The notes under the pieces: model-generated
Seen by the model: only the letters and a program-made list of their open reading frames with translations
Told to the model about the DNA's origin: nothing
Database searches by the model: none
Shown: positions 39,847 through 50,136 of the stretch, piece by piece
Numbering within the stretch: the stretch's first letter is position 1
Layout: every line of letters begins with the position of its first letter
Origin: an uncultured Verrucomicrobiae bacterium
Lineage (GTDB): Bacteria > Verrucomicrobiota > Verrucomicrobiia > Chthoniobacterales > UBA10450
DNA: 64,000 nucleotides
Direction: 5' to 3'
Assembly (NCBI GenBank): GCA_963801815.1
Contig: CAWDGJ010000001.1
Location: forward strand, 64,001 to 128,000
Made by a program: the position numbers and the translations under genes

Positions 39847-41223
39847 CTAGCCGAACACTACGATGAGCACGCTTAAGCAAGAGAGCGCAAGCGCTGCGAG
39901 GATAGCATAGACGATTGCGTCCTGAAGCGCCGCGCGTCGCTTGGCTTCAGCGTAAGGAATGCGGGTGAACGTGACCATCGTGTACAACGGCAGATAGATT
40001 CCCGGAAGTGCAGCTTCGAGAAGGTGGTCGAGTCTTTTCTTGGCGCGAAAGCTCTTGGACGCGGTTTTGTCGCGCATTTCGATGAAATTTTCGAGCGCGA
40101 GATCCGCCAGGGCATCCGCGTTTGCTTTTCGACGTTTGAAATACTCTGTGAACGCGCGTCCTCGATCTTGTTTGCCACCGGACGACCCCGCCGTGGCAGG
40201 CGCAAACTCCTGCAGGCATTCATCGAGGACGACGCAATCTTCGAAGGCGGCGTTCATTCCCTGTCCGTAAAACGGAACAACGGCATGGGCTGCATCGCCA
40301 ACGAGACAAACCTTGTCGCGATAAAACCACGGCGCGCACCGGATCGTGACCAGCGAGCCCGTAGGATTATTTTTAAAATCCTCGAGCAGATTTGGCATCA
40401 GCGGAACCGCGTCTGGAAATTCCTCCTCAAAAAAGCGCCGGACGTCGTCGTCTGTCTTTGTTGTCGCAAAACTGCGCGGGCCTTCGAATTCCCAAAACAG
40501 CGTGCAGGTGAATGAGCCATCTGGATTCGGCAAAGCAATCATCATAAAACTTTTGCGCGGCCAGATGTGGAGCGCGTTCTTTTCCATTCTCCACGAACCG
40601 TCTGGACCGGGCGGGATGGTTAATTCCTTGTAACCGTGGGCAAGATAACTCTCGTCGTACTGGAAATTGTTGATCCTGAGTTGCATCGCTTGCCGCACCG
40701 CGGAAAACGCGCCGTCCACGCCAATGACTGCGTCCGCTGACGTGGTCATTCGTTGAGGTCCGAGCCGGAGTGGCGTTGTTGAGCTGGTGAGGAATTGAGC
40801 CATTGCCGAATCCAGATTGACGCCGGTGCACTTGTGATTGAAAAACACGTGCACGTTAGGATAGCGCTGCGCGGCTTCGATTAAGGTCGTGTTCAACGCG
40901 GCGCGGCCGATCGAATTAATGTGCTTGTTTGGGTCGACATCGTAGGGAACAAGAATTGGCGCCTTTCCCGCCTTGGCGGGATGAATCATTCGGCCGCGCA
41001 TCGGGATTGCGTGCTTCAACACTTCATCGGCGACCCCAATTTGTTGGAGTGCGTGAATTCCGCGCGTCGAAAGCGCGAGGTTGATCGAACGTCCGCCGAT
41101 CATGTTGCCTTCGCGCGGATCACCTCGGCGTTCGTAAAGATCGATTTTGTAGCCGCGCCGACCGAGGTACGCAGCGAGTAATCCGCCGGCCAAACCACTA
41201 CCAATGAGAACAAACTTCGCCAC
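39847..41223 (-). CDS. kmo: Kynurenine 3-monooxygenase
   Basis: GRSINLALSTRG, LHIWPR.SFMMIALPN.DGSFTCTLF, GDAAHAVVPFYGQGMN, C-terminal TM. Confidence 0.93.
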   Translation of the reverse strand: MAKFVLIGSGLAGGLLAAYLGRRGYKIDLYERRGDPREGNMIGGRSINLALSTRGIHALQQIGVADEVLKHAIPMRGRMIHPAKAGKAPILVPYDVDPNKHINSIGRAALNTTLIEAAQRYPNVHVFFNHKCTGVNLDSAMAQFLTSSTTPLRLGPQRMTTSADAVIGVDGAFSAVRQAMQLRINNFQYDESYLAHGYKELTIPPGPDGSWRMEKNALHIWPRKSFMMIALPNPDGSFTCTLFWEFEGPRSFATTKTDDDVRRFFEEEFPDAVPLMPNLLEDFKNNPTGSLVTIRCAPWFYRDKVCLVGDAAHAVVPFYGQGMNAAFEDCVVLDECLQEFAPATAGSSGGKQDRGRAFTEYFKRRKANADALADLALENFIEMRDKTASKSFRAKKRLDHLLEAALPGIYLPLYTMVTFTRIPYAEAKRRAALQDAIVYAILAALALSCLSVLIVVFG

Positions 41224-41387
41224 GAGTAATTCTTTATCAGGAAACCAGGAATGCGGCGAGCAGGGATGCCGCCGGGTAGATAGTCAGACCGCTGCGGGCA
41301 GTCGGTGAGTGAGTGGGAAGCGAACGAATCAAAACAGGAAAAAGAGGCAATTGATTTAACACCGGTCAAACGGTGTATTAGATCGAG

Positions 41388-43768
41388 ATGGCGGATGGTG
41401 AATCAGCTGACGGGGCCGAGTCGCTGCAAGAAAAAGTGCGGCCGAGCTTGCGCGCACCGGATCGAGTCGCGGCGGGAATGCACGCGTTAGTCGAAACTTT
41501 GAAATTTACCGCGCGCGAGACCGGTTTTGTTCGCGGCATCAAGGATTGGGTCAGGATCAACAAGAAAGATGGATTCGATTGCCAGAGCTGCGCCTGGCCG
41601 AGTCCGGATGAAAATCGGCATCTGTTCGAGTTTTGCGAGAACGGCGTCAAAGCGCTGACTAGTGAGGCGACCAAGAAGCACATCGGCCTTGAATTCTTTC
41701 CGACGAGCATTCAATCACCGACCTGCGCGAACAAACGGACAACTGGCTCGAACTCCAGGGACGGTTGATCCATCCAATGGTGAAGCGCGAAGGCGCGACG
41801 CATTACGAGCCGATCGAATGGAACGAAGCGTTCGAATTGATGGCGCGCGAACTGAATGCGTTGCCAACGCCGAACGCGGCCGCGTTTTACACTAGTGGAC
41901 GCACCAGCAACGAAGCGGCGTTTTTGTATCAACTGTTCGCGCGGCAATTCGGCACCAACAATCTGCCCGATTGTTCGAACATGTGTCACGAATCGAGTGG
42001 CGCGGCGCTGAGTGAAAGCATCGGCATCGGCAAAGGTTGCGTAAAGCTCGAGGACTTTGAACACGCCGACGCCATCTTCATTATTGGTCAAAATCCCGGC
42101 ACGAATCATCCGCGGATGATGACCACGCTGGAGCACGCAAAGAAAAACGGCGCCACCATCGTCGCGATCAATCCGATCCGCGAAACTGGTTTCATTTCGG
42201 TGGTGAATCCGAATCCGCAGGAATATCGCAACCCGCTCACCTTCGCGGCGAAAATGCTAGCTAATCATGGAACGCCGCTCGCCGATTTCTGGCTGCCGGT
42301 GCGCATCAACGGCGACATGGCCGCGATGCGCGGAATCATGAAAGAGATGCTCGAAGAAGAAGACCGCCATCCGGGCGTGGTGGTAGATCGACAATTCATC
42401 GAGCAATGCACCGTCGGCTTTGATGAATTCGCTGCGCACGTGCGCGCGACGCCCTGGGACCAGATCATCGAGAGCAGTGGATTAAAGCGGGAACAAATTC
42501 GCGCCGCCGCCGAAATCGCCATGCGATCGAAGCGGATCATTTGTTGTTGGGCGATGGGACTCACCCAGCACAAGAATGCGGTCGCAACGATTCAGGAGGT
42601 AATGAATTTCCTGTTGCTCGGCGGCAACATCGGCAAGCGCGGCGCCGGTCCGTGTCCGGTGCGCGGGCATTCAAATGTCCAGGGCGATCGGACGATGGGG
42701 ATTTGGGAGCGAATGAGCGATGCGTTCCTGGAAAAGCTCGCTCGCGAATTTCAATTCAATCCGCCGCGCGAACACGGCACGGACACGGTCGAAACGATCA
42801 AGAAAATGCACGAAGGAGAAATTCGGTTCTTCTTCGGCATGGGCGGCAATTTTCTTTCCGCCACCCCGGACACAGAATTCACCGCAAAAGCGCTGCAGAA
42901 GTGTCGCGTTACCGCGCATGTCTCGACCAAATTGAATCGCGCGCATCTGATCACTGGCGAGATCGCGGTCATTCTTCCTTGTCTCGGCCGATCGGAAATC
43001 GACCTCCAGGAGTCCGGCGAACAATTTGTGACGGTGGAGGATTCGATGGGTATTATCAATGCGTCGCGTGGTCACGCGAAGCCGGCGAGCGAACATTTGA
43101 AGAGTGAGCCCGCGATCGTCGCAGCTCTTGCCAAAGCGACGCTCGGGTCGCGTTCGACGGTTGATTGGGATGCCCTCGTCGGGGACTACGACCGAATTCG
43201 TGATCACATTGAGCACGTCGTAGCCGGGTTCGATGATTTCAACGCGCGAATCCGCAAAGATATCTTCTATTTGCCGAACGACGCCCGCGATCGGCGAAAA
43301 TTCAACAACAAGGAAGGCAAAGCGAAGTTCATCATCTCGGAGGTAACGCCATTCGAATTGCGGCCCGGTCAGTATTTGATGACAACGGTTCGTAGTCACG
43401 ATCAGTTTAACACCACAATTTATGGTCTGAGCGATCGCTACCGCGGCGTTTATAACGGGCGTCGCGTCATTTTCATGAACGCGGACGATATTCGGTCCGC
43501 GGGTTTGCGACAGGGGCAGCTTGTCGACCTAACGAGTTATTACAAAGACGAAACTCGTGTCGCCCGACATTTCATGGTTGCGCCGATGGAGATCGCACGC
43601 GGTTGTACGGCGACGTATTTTCCGGAAGCGAACGTACTCGTTTCGATCAACAATTCCGCCGATCGAAGCAACACGCCGGTAAGCAAGAGTGTTGTCATTG
43701 GCATCGCACCGTCGAAAGACGCAGCCGCTGGAGTTGATCGGATTCTGCGCGAAGCGGCGCAGGTCTAA
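41388..43768 (+). CDS. FdhF/YdeP family molybdopterin oxidoreductase (frameshift near 41700)
   Basis: GFDCQSCAWP, EFCENGVKA, YTSGRTSNEAA, NNLPDCSNMCHE, RSHDQFNTTIYG. Confidence 0.93.
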
Positions 43769-44583
43769 TCTAGAATCACCCGTTCTACGTGCGAGTAAAT
43801 ATTGAAGGACGGCGCGCGCAAGAAGCCGACGAGCGTTTGATTGCTGTCGCGCGCGAATTCCATCGCCAGACTCGACGGCGCGGAAACGGAAGCGACGATC
43901 GGAATTCCGGCAGCTAGCGCTTTCTGCATGATCTCGAACGACGCGCGACCGCTCACCAGTAAGATGTGACGATCCAGCGGGAGGTTTTGGTCGAGAAACG
44001 CGCGACCGATCACTTTGTCGACCGCGTTGTGGCGACCGATGTCTTCGCGAACAATCAGCGGTTTACCGTTCGAATCGAAGATTCCGGCAGCGTGAATTCC
44101 GCCCGTGCGGGCGAAATCAGATTGATGTTTGCGCAACAAATCCGGAAGCGAGAGCAGCGTTTGAATCAAGATCCTCAGCGATGTCGACGCGATTGGTGAG
44201 AAGTTTTGCCGGATCGCGTCGATGTTTTCTTTGCCGCACAATCCGCAGCTGCTGGAAATTGTGCCGAAGCGTTGCGCGGAGTTAGGATTAAGTTTTGTTC
44301 CGGCGGCGAGATCGATAACGATGATGTTTTCGCGATTGCGTGCCGCTTCCGGTCGCGAAAACTTTAGGATTTGGTCGCGATTACGAACGATTGCTTCCGA
44401 AAGCAGGAATCCGGCAGCAAGTTCTTCGTCCTGACCTGGTGTGCGCATCGTTGTAGCGATGGCTTTGTCGCCAATTCGAATTTCAAGTGGCTCTTCAATT
44501 GTCAGCTCGTCGCGCTGATATTCGAGGCTGCCGTCTGATCGACGGCGAATGATTTGTCCTGGTCCAATTCCGTCCGCTTTCAT
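43765..44583 (-). CDS. fdhD: Formate dehydrogenase accessory sulfurtransferase
   Basis: EEPLEI, TMRTPG, SSCGLCGK, TGGIHAA, REDIGRHNAVDK. Confidence 0.95.
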   Translation of the reverse strand: MKADGIGPGQIIRRRSDGSLEYQRDELTIEEPLEIRIGDKAIATTMRTPGQDEELAAGFLLSEAIVRNRDQILKFSRPEAARNRENIIVIDLAAGTKLNPNSAQRFGTISSSCGLCGKENIDAIRQNFSPIASTSLRILIQTLLSLPDLLRKHQSDFARTGGIHAAGIFDSNGKPLIVREDIGRHNAVDKVIGRAFLDQNLPLDRHILLVSGRASFEIMQKALAAGIPIVASVSAPSSLAMEFARDSNQTLVGFLRAPSFNIYSHVERVILD

Positions 44584-44613
44584 CACGCCAACCTCAATGA
44601 TATCATTCGCGCG

Positions 44614-45093
44614 GTGGAAATCTGTCATCTTTACATTTCGGCCGGCCATAATTTTGTTGGACATCATGGTCGCGAACCGGACCAATTTCCGATGATCGAG
44701 GTTCCGGAAGTGGAATGCGTCGCCGGTCGGGGTCTGCGCGGCGATCGCTTTTTTGATTACGTGGAAGATTACAAAGGCCAGATCACATTTTTCTCGCTCG
44801 ACGTTTTCGACGAACTCTGCGGCACATTGCAAGTGGAGGGTGTCGGTCCAAGTAGCGTTCGGCGAAATGTTTTCGTTCGTGATGTTGATCTTAACACGTT
44901 GATTGGAAAGGATTTTGAGATTCAAGGAGTTTGCTTTCACGGAACCGAGGAAAGCAGGCCGTGTCATTGGATGAATCGCGCGATTAAATCCGGTGCGCAG
45001 GAATTTCTTCGCGGACGCGGTGGATTGCGTGCGCGCATTTTGACTGATGGCATTCTTCGATCGACTTCGCGCGTGACCGCGGTGACCGAATGA
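44614..45093 (+). CDS. MOSC domain protein
   Basis: GLRGDRF, VRRNV, PCHWM, GRGGLRARIL. Confidence 0.85.
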   Translation: MEICHLYISAGHNFVGHHGREPDQFPMIEVPEVECVAGRGLRGDRFFDYVEDYKGQITFFSLDVFDELCGTLQVEGVGPSSVRRNVFVRDVDLNTLIGKDFEIQGVCFHGTEESRPCHWMNRAIKSGAQEFLRGRGGLRARILTDGILRSTSRVTAVTE

Positions 45094-45659
45094 CGATTAG
45101 CGCGGTGCTCCTCGCTGGCGGCAGGTCAAGCCGCATGGGGCAGGACAAGGCGACGATGCTGTTTCGGGGCGAGGCGCTTTGGAAAAATCAGCTGGAACTG
45201 TTACGCCGTCTCCAGCCGGAAGAACTTTTTGTGTCGGGGCAAACGGATCCACCGTGGCGTCCCGTGGATGTCGAGTTTGTCCCCGACGTTCAACCGTCGC
45301 GCGGCCCGCTTAGCGGAATTGCGGCGACACTGTCACGGATTTCTGGTGATTATTTACTGGTGCTGGCAATCGACACGCCGTTCGTCACTGAAAATTATCT
45401 TCGCGATCTTTCCACACGAACGGCGCCAGGCTGCGGTGTCGTTCCACTGATCGAAAACCGGGCCGAGCCTCTCGCGGCAATCTATCCACGCGGTGTCCGC
45501 GCCGATTTCGAAGCCGCGTTGGCGGGAAGCGACTTCGCACTTCAGCCATTGATCCGAAACATGATCGGGCTCGGGAAATTGCGAGCAATTGAAGTTACTC
45601 CTGAAGAAATTGCGCTTTTTCGCAACCTCAACCAACCGGGTGACTTCAGCACCGGCTAA
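45090..45659 (+). CDS. mobA: Molybdenum cofactor guanylyltransferase
   Basis: LLAGGRSSRMGQDKA, GPLSGI, EPLAAIY, FRNLN. Confidence 0.92.
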   Translation: MTISAVLLAGGRSSRMGQDKATMLFRGEALWKNQLELLRRLQPEELFVSGQTDPPWRPVDVEFVPDVQPSRGPLSGIAATLSRISGDYLLVLAIDTPFVTENYLRDLSTRTAPGCGVVPLIENRAEPLAAIYPRGVRADFEAALAGSDFALQPLIRNMIGLGKLRAIEVTPEEIALFRNLNQPGDFSTG

Positions 45660-45698
45660 TCAGGTGGCATTAGGGCTGCTTAGAACGGCCTTTGTCCA

Positions 45699-46118
45699 AT
45701 GAGAAAATTCGAACCACTCCCGGACGAACTGCAGCCAAGCATCCACAATCTTGAGCTCAAAGCCCTCCTCGTCGTGGACGATGACAAACAGCTGGCCTCC
45801 GCTCTTCAGTGGATTTTGGCGGACGAGAATTTCCTGGTCGACATCGCGTTCGACGGCGAGGAAGCGATGCTGAAGGTCAAGGCGCACGAATACGACGCGG
45901 TGATCTGCGACTTGAAGATGCCGAAGTTGCGCGGTGACGAATTTTATCTCAAGGCGAAAGACGTCCGCCCGTCGTTGGCCGACCGTTTCATTTTTATCAC
46001 CGGATTCGCGGCAGATCCGCACATCGCCCTTTTCTTTAACAAGCACGAGGTGAAATATCTGGTGAAACCGTTTTCGATTTCGGTGCTGATCGATTGCGTA
46101 AAAACGCTTCTTAGTTAG
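45699..46118 (+). CDS. Single-domain response regulator
   Basis: LVVDDD, ICDLKMP, ITG, KPF. Confidence 0.92.
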   Translation: MRKFEPLPDELQPSIHNLELKALLVVDDDKQLASALQWILADENFLVDIAFDGEEAMLKVKAHEYDAVICDLKMPKLRGDEFYLKAKDVRPSLADRFIFITGFAADPHIALFFNKHEVKYLVKPFSISVLIDCVKTLLS

Positions 46119-46196
46119 TCAGGTCGGCCAGTCTATTTCTTCTGGCCGATTACGCTGGCGTTCTCGTGCTAATGTTTTTCTGGTGGAACGAATCGG

Positions 46197-47468
46197 CTAC
46201 TGATGCCGCTTCAGGATCTGCACAAAACGCCAGACTTCCTCGAAGGTGTTGTAAAGCGGCGTCGGCGCCACGCGAATGACGTCCGGTTCGCGAAAATCGC
46301 ATTTCACGCCGGCGACTCCGAGTTCCTTGAACAATTCCTTAGGGCGTTCGTGCGTTAGGATCGACAACTGGCAGCCACGCGCATTGGCAGCTGTCGGAGT
46401 AATGATCGTGAATTTCTTCGAGCCGATTTCGTTCAATAGAGACTCCAGATAGCCGGTCAGCTTCGTCGACTTCGCGCGAAGTGGTTCCATTCCGCCGGCC
46501 TGGTCGAAAACGGCTAGCGAAGCGCGTAACGGAGCCATGGAAAAAATCGGCGGATTGCTCACTTGCCACGCATCCGCAGATGCCACCGGAATGAATTCTG
46601 GTTCCAACTGCATTTGAAAACGCGTGTTTGGATCGTTTCCGAACCAACCGGCTAAGCGTGGGAGTTTCGTGTTGGTCGCATGCCGTTCGTGCAGATATGC
46701 GCCGGCAATCGCGCCCGGTCCGGCGTTGAGATATTTGTAAGAACACCAAACAGCGAAATCGATATTCCAGTCGTGCATCGAGAGCGGCACGTTGCCGACC
46801 GCGTGAGCGAGATCGAATCCGACGGTTATACCGTGCTTCTGGGCCGCTTTCGTGATTGCGGGCATGTCGAACAATTGTCCGGTAAAAAAATTAACACCGG
46901 CGATCCATACAATCGCGAGCGTGTCGTGATTCTTTTCGATCAGATCGAGAATGGCGTCGGTTCGCACCGTGGATTCACCTTTGCGCGGACTCGCCAGGAC
47001 CAGCGCATCTTTCGGATCGAGTCCGTGATGGCGGATTTGTGTCTTGATCGCGTAGGTGTCGGATGGAAACGCCGGGTCCTCCATCAGGATTTTGAAGCGC
47101 GATTTGGTCGGTCGATAAAACGTCGCCATCATCAGGTGCAAGTTCACGGTGAGGCTGTTCATGCAGATGACCTCGACCGGTTTTGCGCCAACGATCCGAG
47201 CCATCGGATTGCGCAACGGTTCGTGATAGGTGTACCACGGCGTTTTCGCTTCGAGGTGCGCGTCGACGCCGAGCCGGGCCCAATCCTCCAAGTCTTGATC
47301 GACCAATTCCCGGGCTAACTTCGGCATCAAGCCCAACGAATTGCCCGCGAAATAAATCAGCGGTTTGCCGTCTTTGCCAAGCGGCAGATGGAACTTTTCG
47401 CGAAATGAACGCAACGGATCCTCAGCGTCGAGCTGTTTTGCGAAATCTTCGTCAGCGGAAAACTGCAT
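46197..47468 (-). CDS. kynU: Kynureninase
   Basis: YFAGNSLGLMP, FPSDTYA, DLAHAVGN, WCSYKYLNAGPG, APTPLYN. Confidence 0.96.
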   Translation of the reverse strand: MQFSADEDFAKQLDAEDPLRSFREKFHLPLGKDGKPLIYFAGNSLGLMPKLARELVDQDLEDWARLGVDAHLEAKTPWYTYHEPLRNPMARIVGAKPVEVICMNSLTVNLHLMMATFYRPTKSRFKILMEDPAFPSDTYAIKTQIRHHGLDPKDALVLASPRKGESTVRTDAILDLIEKNHDTLAIVWIAGVNFFTGQLFDMPAITKAAQKHGITVGFDLAHAVGNVPLSMHDWNIDFAVWCSYKYLNAGPGAIAGAYLHERHATNTKLPRLAGWFGNDPNTRFQMQLEPEFIPVASADAWQVSNPPIFSMAPLRASLAVFDQAGGMEPLRAKSTKLTGYLESLLNEIGSKKFTIITPTAANARGCQLSILTHERPKELFKELGVAGVKCDFREPDVIRVAPTPLYNTFEEVWRFVQILKRHQ

Positions 47469-47500
47469 CGCGACAACTCTCAACACTCACCTCTCAACTA

Positions 47501-47970
47501 TCAACTCTCTTTGGGCATTTCCATGAACTCGATGGTCGTCCCATCGGGATCGCGCACGTAAACCACGCGCTTGCCTGCGTTCGGTCCGGAGGTCAACGAT
47601 TGCGGCTCGCCCGCGGCTTTCCAACCGGATGTTGCAATCTTCTGCAAAAGCGCGTCGAGATTTTCAACCGTCAAGCGCGACGTGGACATGACCGAGGTCG
47701 CACGGCCGAAGAGCGTTATTTTTCTTTCGATCCGCAGGCGCGAGATACTCGAGTAGTTCGATCTTGTGGCCGCCGGGCGTTTTTACGACCGCCAGCTTGA
47801 GCTCGGCTACCTTTGACTCCGGTGATTTGTTCCGCGATCTCGCCGCCTTGCTGCGTTTGATGTGAAAACTCGAACCCGAGAACGTCGCGCCAAAACGCGA
47901 GCGAGCACTCAAGGTTTGAAACCGTAATGCCGGTGTGGTCGGTGCCGAGGATTTTAAAGTTCTTGCTCAT
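47501..47970 (-). CDS. VOC family protein (frameshifts near 47815 and 47690)
   Basis: DHTGITVSNL..SLAFWRDVLG / HKIELLEY..HVAL / VYVRDPDGTTIEFM in three consecutive frames. Confidence 0.82.
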
Positions 47971-47996
47971 TCTCTTACTCGTAATCGAATATCAGA

Positions 47997-48046
47997 TGTT
48001 TGACGCGAGGGCGCGTCAAACAGCACGCGAGGCGCGTGCGCTCCCC
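47997..48046. repeat. Double-hairpin REP-like element
   Basis: tgtttgacgcg-aggg-cgcgtcaaaca followed by gcacgcg-agg-cgcgtgc-gctcccc. Confidence 0.6.
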
Positions 48047-48050
48047 AGAT

Positions 48051-48476
48051 TTATCCGACTGCGGCGATCACCTTCAGCTCAATCGCGATCGGCGTCGGCA
48101 GCGCGTTGACCTCGATTGTGGTGCGGGTCGGGTTGGGTTTGCCCGGGCCTGCGAAATATTCGGTGTAGAGTTTGTTGTAGATCGGAAAATCTTTTCTCAT
48201 GTTCGTGAGAAAGACGGTCACGTCGATGATGTCCTGCCAGGTCGCGCCGGCATCCTCCAGGACGAGACGCACGTTTTCAAAAACCGCGCGGCATTGTGTT
48301 TCGATGTCATAGCTGACGATGTTGCCAGTCGGATCGAGAGTGACGCCCGGAATTTCTTTGCTGTCCCGTTTACGTGGTCCGATTCCGGAAAGAAACAAGA
48401 ATTCGCCCACGCGCTTGGCATGTGGAAACGCGCCGACCGGTTTGGGCGCTCGCTCGCTCTCAAATGATTGGTTCAT
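48051..48476 (-). CDS. RidA family protein, probable 2-aminomuconate deaminase
   Basis: APKPVGAFPHA, LSGIGPR, PTRTT, LPTPIAIELKVIA; kynurenine-pathway context. Confidence 0.85.
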   Translation of the reverse strand: MNQSFESERAPKPVGAFPHAKRVGEFLFLSGIGPRKRDSKEIPGVTLDPTGNIVSYDIETQCRAVFENVRLVLEDAGATWQDIIDVTVFLTNMRKDFPIYNKLYTEYFAGPGKPNPTRTTIEVNALPTPIAIELKVIAAVG

Positions 48477-49084
48477 TTTAGTCGCCGGATAATTGCAAAC
48501 CACGCTTTCGGCCCGCCCTCGGAGAACAGTTCCTTGAACGCCGGATTCACTTCGACGCGGACTGCGCCGATCGATTCAATATCCCAGCATTGGGCGAAAG
48601 CGTTACGCAATTCCTGCTGCGACACTCGCCGGGGACCTTCGGTTCCGGGTTCCTCATCGCTGAAACACATCAGGAATAGTTGTCCGCGTGGTTCGAGCAC
48701 ATGCGCCAGGCCTTGGACGTAGCGGCGCCGATCTTCGTCGGACAGCGCGTGAAATAGTCCGGAGTCGAGAACCGTGCTGAACCGCGCGTCCCAATCGGCG
48801 AGTGTGAGCGCATCCTTCACCAGGAACTCTGCGTCCAGTTTTTGTTCAGCCGCTTTGGCTCGAGCTCGCCGGATCGCCTCTTTTGCAAAATCAATGCCCG
48901 TAACGCTGCAACCGCGTGCGGCGAAGAAGAGCGCGGTATCCCCGGTTCCGCAACCAGTGTCCAGCACTGGACTCGTGATGCGATCACCGATTTCGGTAAA
49001 AGGCCGCTGTGGTTTGCCGATATCCCAGGGTGGTTCGCCGGCGTAGGATTCTTCGAATTCAGCACGATCATGTACGCTATTCAT
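48473..49084 (-). CDS. Class I SAM-dependent methyltransferase
   Basis: PPWDIGKPQ, VLDTGCGTG, LDSGLFH. Confidence 0.9.
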   Translation of the reverse strand: MNSVHDRAEFEESYAGEPPWDIGKPQRPFTEIGDRITSPVLDTGCGTGDTALFFAARGCSVTGIDFAKEAIRRARAKAAEQKLDAEFLVKDALTLADWDARFSTVLDSGLFHALSDEDRRRYVQGLAHVLEPRGQLFLMCFSDEEPGTEGPRRVSQQELRNAFAQCWDIESIGAVRVEVNPAFKELFSEGGPKAWFAIIRRLK

Positions 49085-49141
49085 CCTGGTAAGCCGGTGA
49101 ACAACTCCGGCGCAGTTTTGCTTTTAAATGCTTTTCTCAAA

Positions 49142-49603
49142 CTAATGGAAATATTTCTTCAACAGCGACCAATAATTCTCGTCCCAGCCTTGAGCGAGAT
49201 GATCGTGCAAACCTTCCGGAAAACCGGTGTGATCGAGGACCAGATGCGTTCCCGTCCCGTTTGGTTTCAAATCAAATCGCGCGATTGACCAAACACCTTC
49301 GGGCCAGGTCACAACGCGCCAGGCTTGCACGATCCGCTGATTGGGAACGAGCTCGAGATTGCGCGCGATGATATGGCCTTTGAAAAGTGAAAACGCCCCG
49401 CCGACATCGCGATTAATCTCCGCGGCTCGGCCTGAAAACTCCGTGAACTGTTTTGAATCGAGAAGCGCTTCGTAAACTTTTTGCGGACTGGCGTTCAAAT
49501 CGATCTCCTGATGAATCACGATCGATTTATCGACTTGGGCGAAAGCGAGACTGGCCAGTACTAGAGTAAGTAATGCGGTCAGGCTGGGAATTTTAGTCTT
49601 CAT
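49142..49603 (-). CDS. Secreted SRPBCC/AHSA1 domain protein
   Basis: Signal peptide; ASPQKVYEAL, ELVPNQRIVQAWR, GW..NYW. Confidence 0.88.
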   Translation of the reverse strand: MKTKIPSLTALLTLVLASLAFAQVDKSIVIHQEIDLNASPQKVYEALLDSKQFTEFSGRAAEINRDVGGAFSLFKGHIIARNLELVPNQRIVQAWRVVTWPEGVWSIARFDLKPNGTGTHLVLDHTGFPEGLHDHLAQGWDENYWSLLKKYFH

Positions 49604-49620
49604 GCCAGATCGCATTCAGC

Positions 49621-49686
49621 GTTGTAGCGGCGTTTGTGTCAAACGCCGAACTAAAGATAGGTGCTTGGCACAAGCACCTCTACAAC
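49621..49686. repeat. REPIN family A, copy 5
   Basis: gttgtagcggcgtttgtgtcaaacgccg ... aggtgcttggcacaagcacctctacaac. Confidence 0.85.
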
Positions 49687-49983
49687 TCATCCTCCGGCGA
49701 TCGCGCCCATGACGAAAAACGGTTCGTCGCCTTTGACGATCACGTCAGGCAGGGGATTGTCCGGCGACTCGTGAGAAATGTCTTCGCCGCAAGCAAAGAA
49801 GCGAACCAGCGGCCGGCGTTTCAACGTTCCGTGTTCGCGAATCGTGCCGCGTAAAACTGGATATTTTGATTCAAGCGCGTCGAGTAACGAGGTGACCGTC
49901 GCCGAGCCATTGAGATCAACGGTCACTTCGTCTCCGACTTTCGCCAGGGTGCGGAGATGATGCGGTAAAACGACGCGAATCAT
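49687..49983 (-). CDS. MoaD/ThiS family ubiquitin-like protein
   Basis: VVLPHHLR, LESKYP.L, C-terminal AIAGG. Confidence 0.9.
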   Translation of the reverse strand: MIRVVLPHHLRTLAKVGDEVTVDLNGSATVTSLLDALESKYPVLRGTIREHGTLKRRPLVRFFACGEDISHESPDNPLPDVIVKGDEPFFVMGAIAGG

Positions 49984-49990
49984 ATCTCTA

Positions 49991-50136
49991 AAATTCGAAA
50001 TTCGAAATCCGAAGCTCGAAACAAGCTCGAAATTCGAATATCAAATAACCAAAGCGACGCGCAGGTCTGTTTTGAACTTGCCGTGTTTTCCGTCATTCGG
50101 ACTTGTTTCGGATTTCGTGCTTCGATATTCGGATTT
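49991..50136. repeat. Inverted array of 7-bp repeats (aaattcg type), same family as 19411-19538
   Basis: aaattcg aaattcg aaatccg aagctcg aaacaa ... ttgttt cggattt cgtgctt cgatatt cggattt. Confidence 0.8.

Noticed and set aside
41224..41387. Moco riboswitch upstream of the molybdoenzyme gene
   Set aside because: No recognisable conserved riboswitch motif or stem pattern by eye
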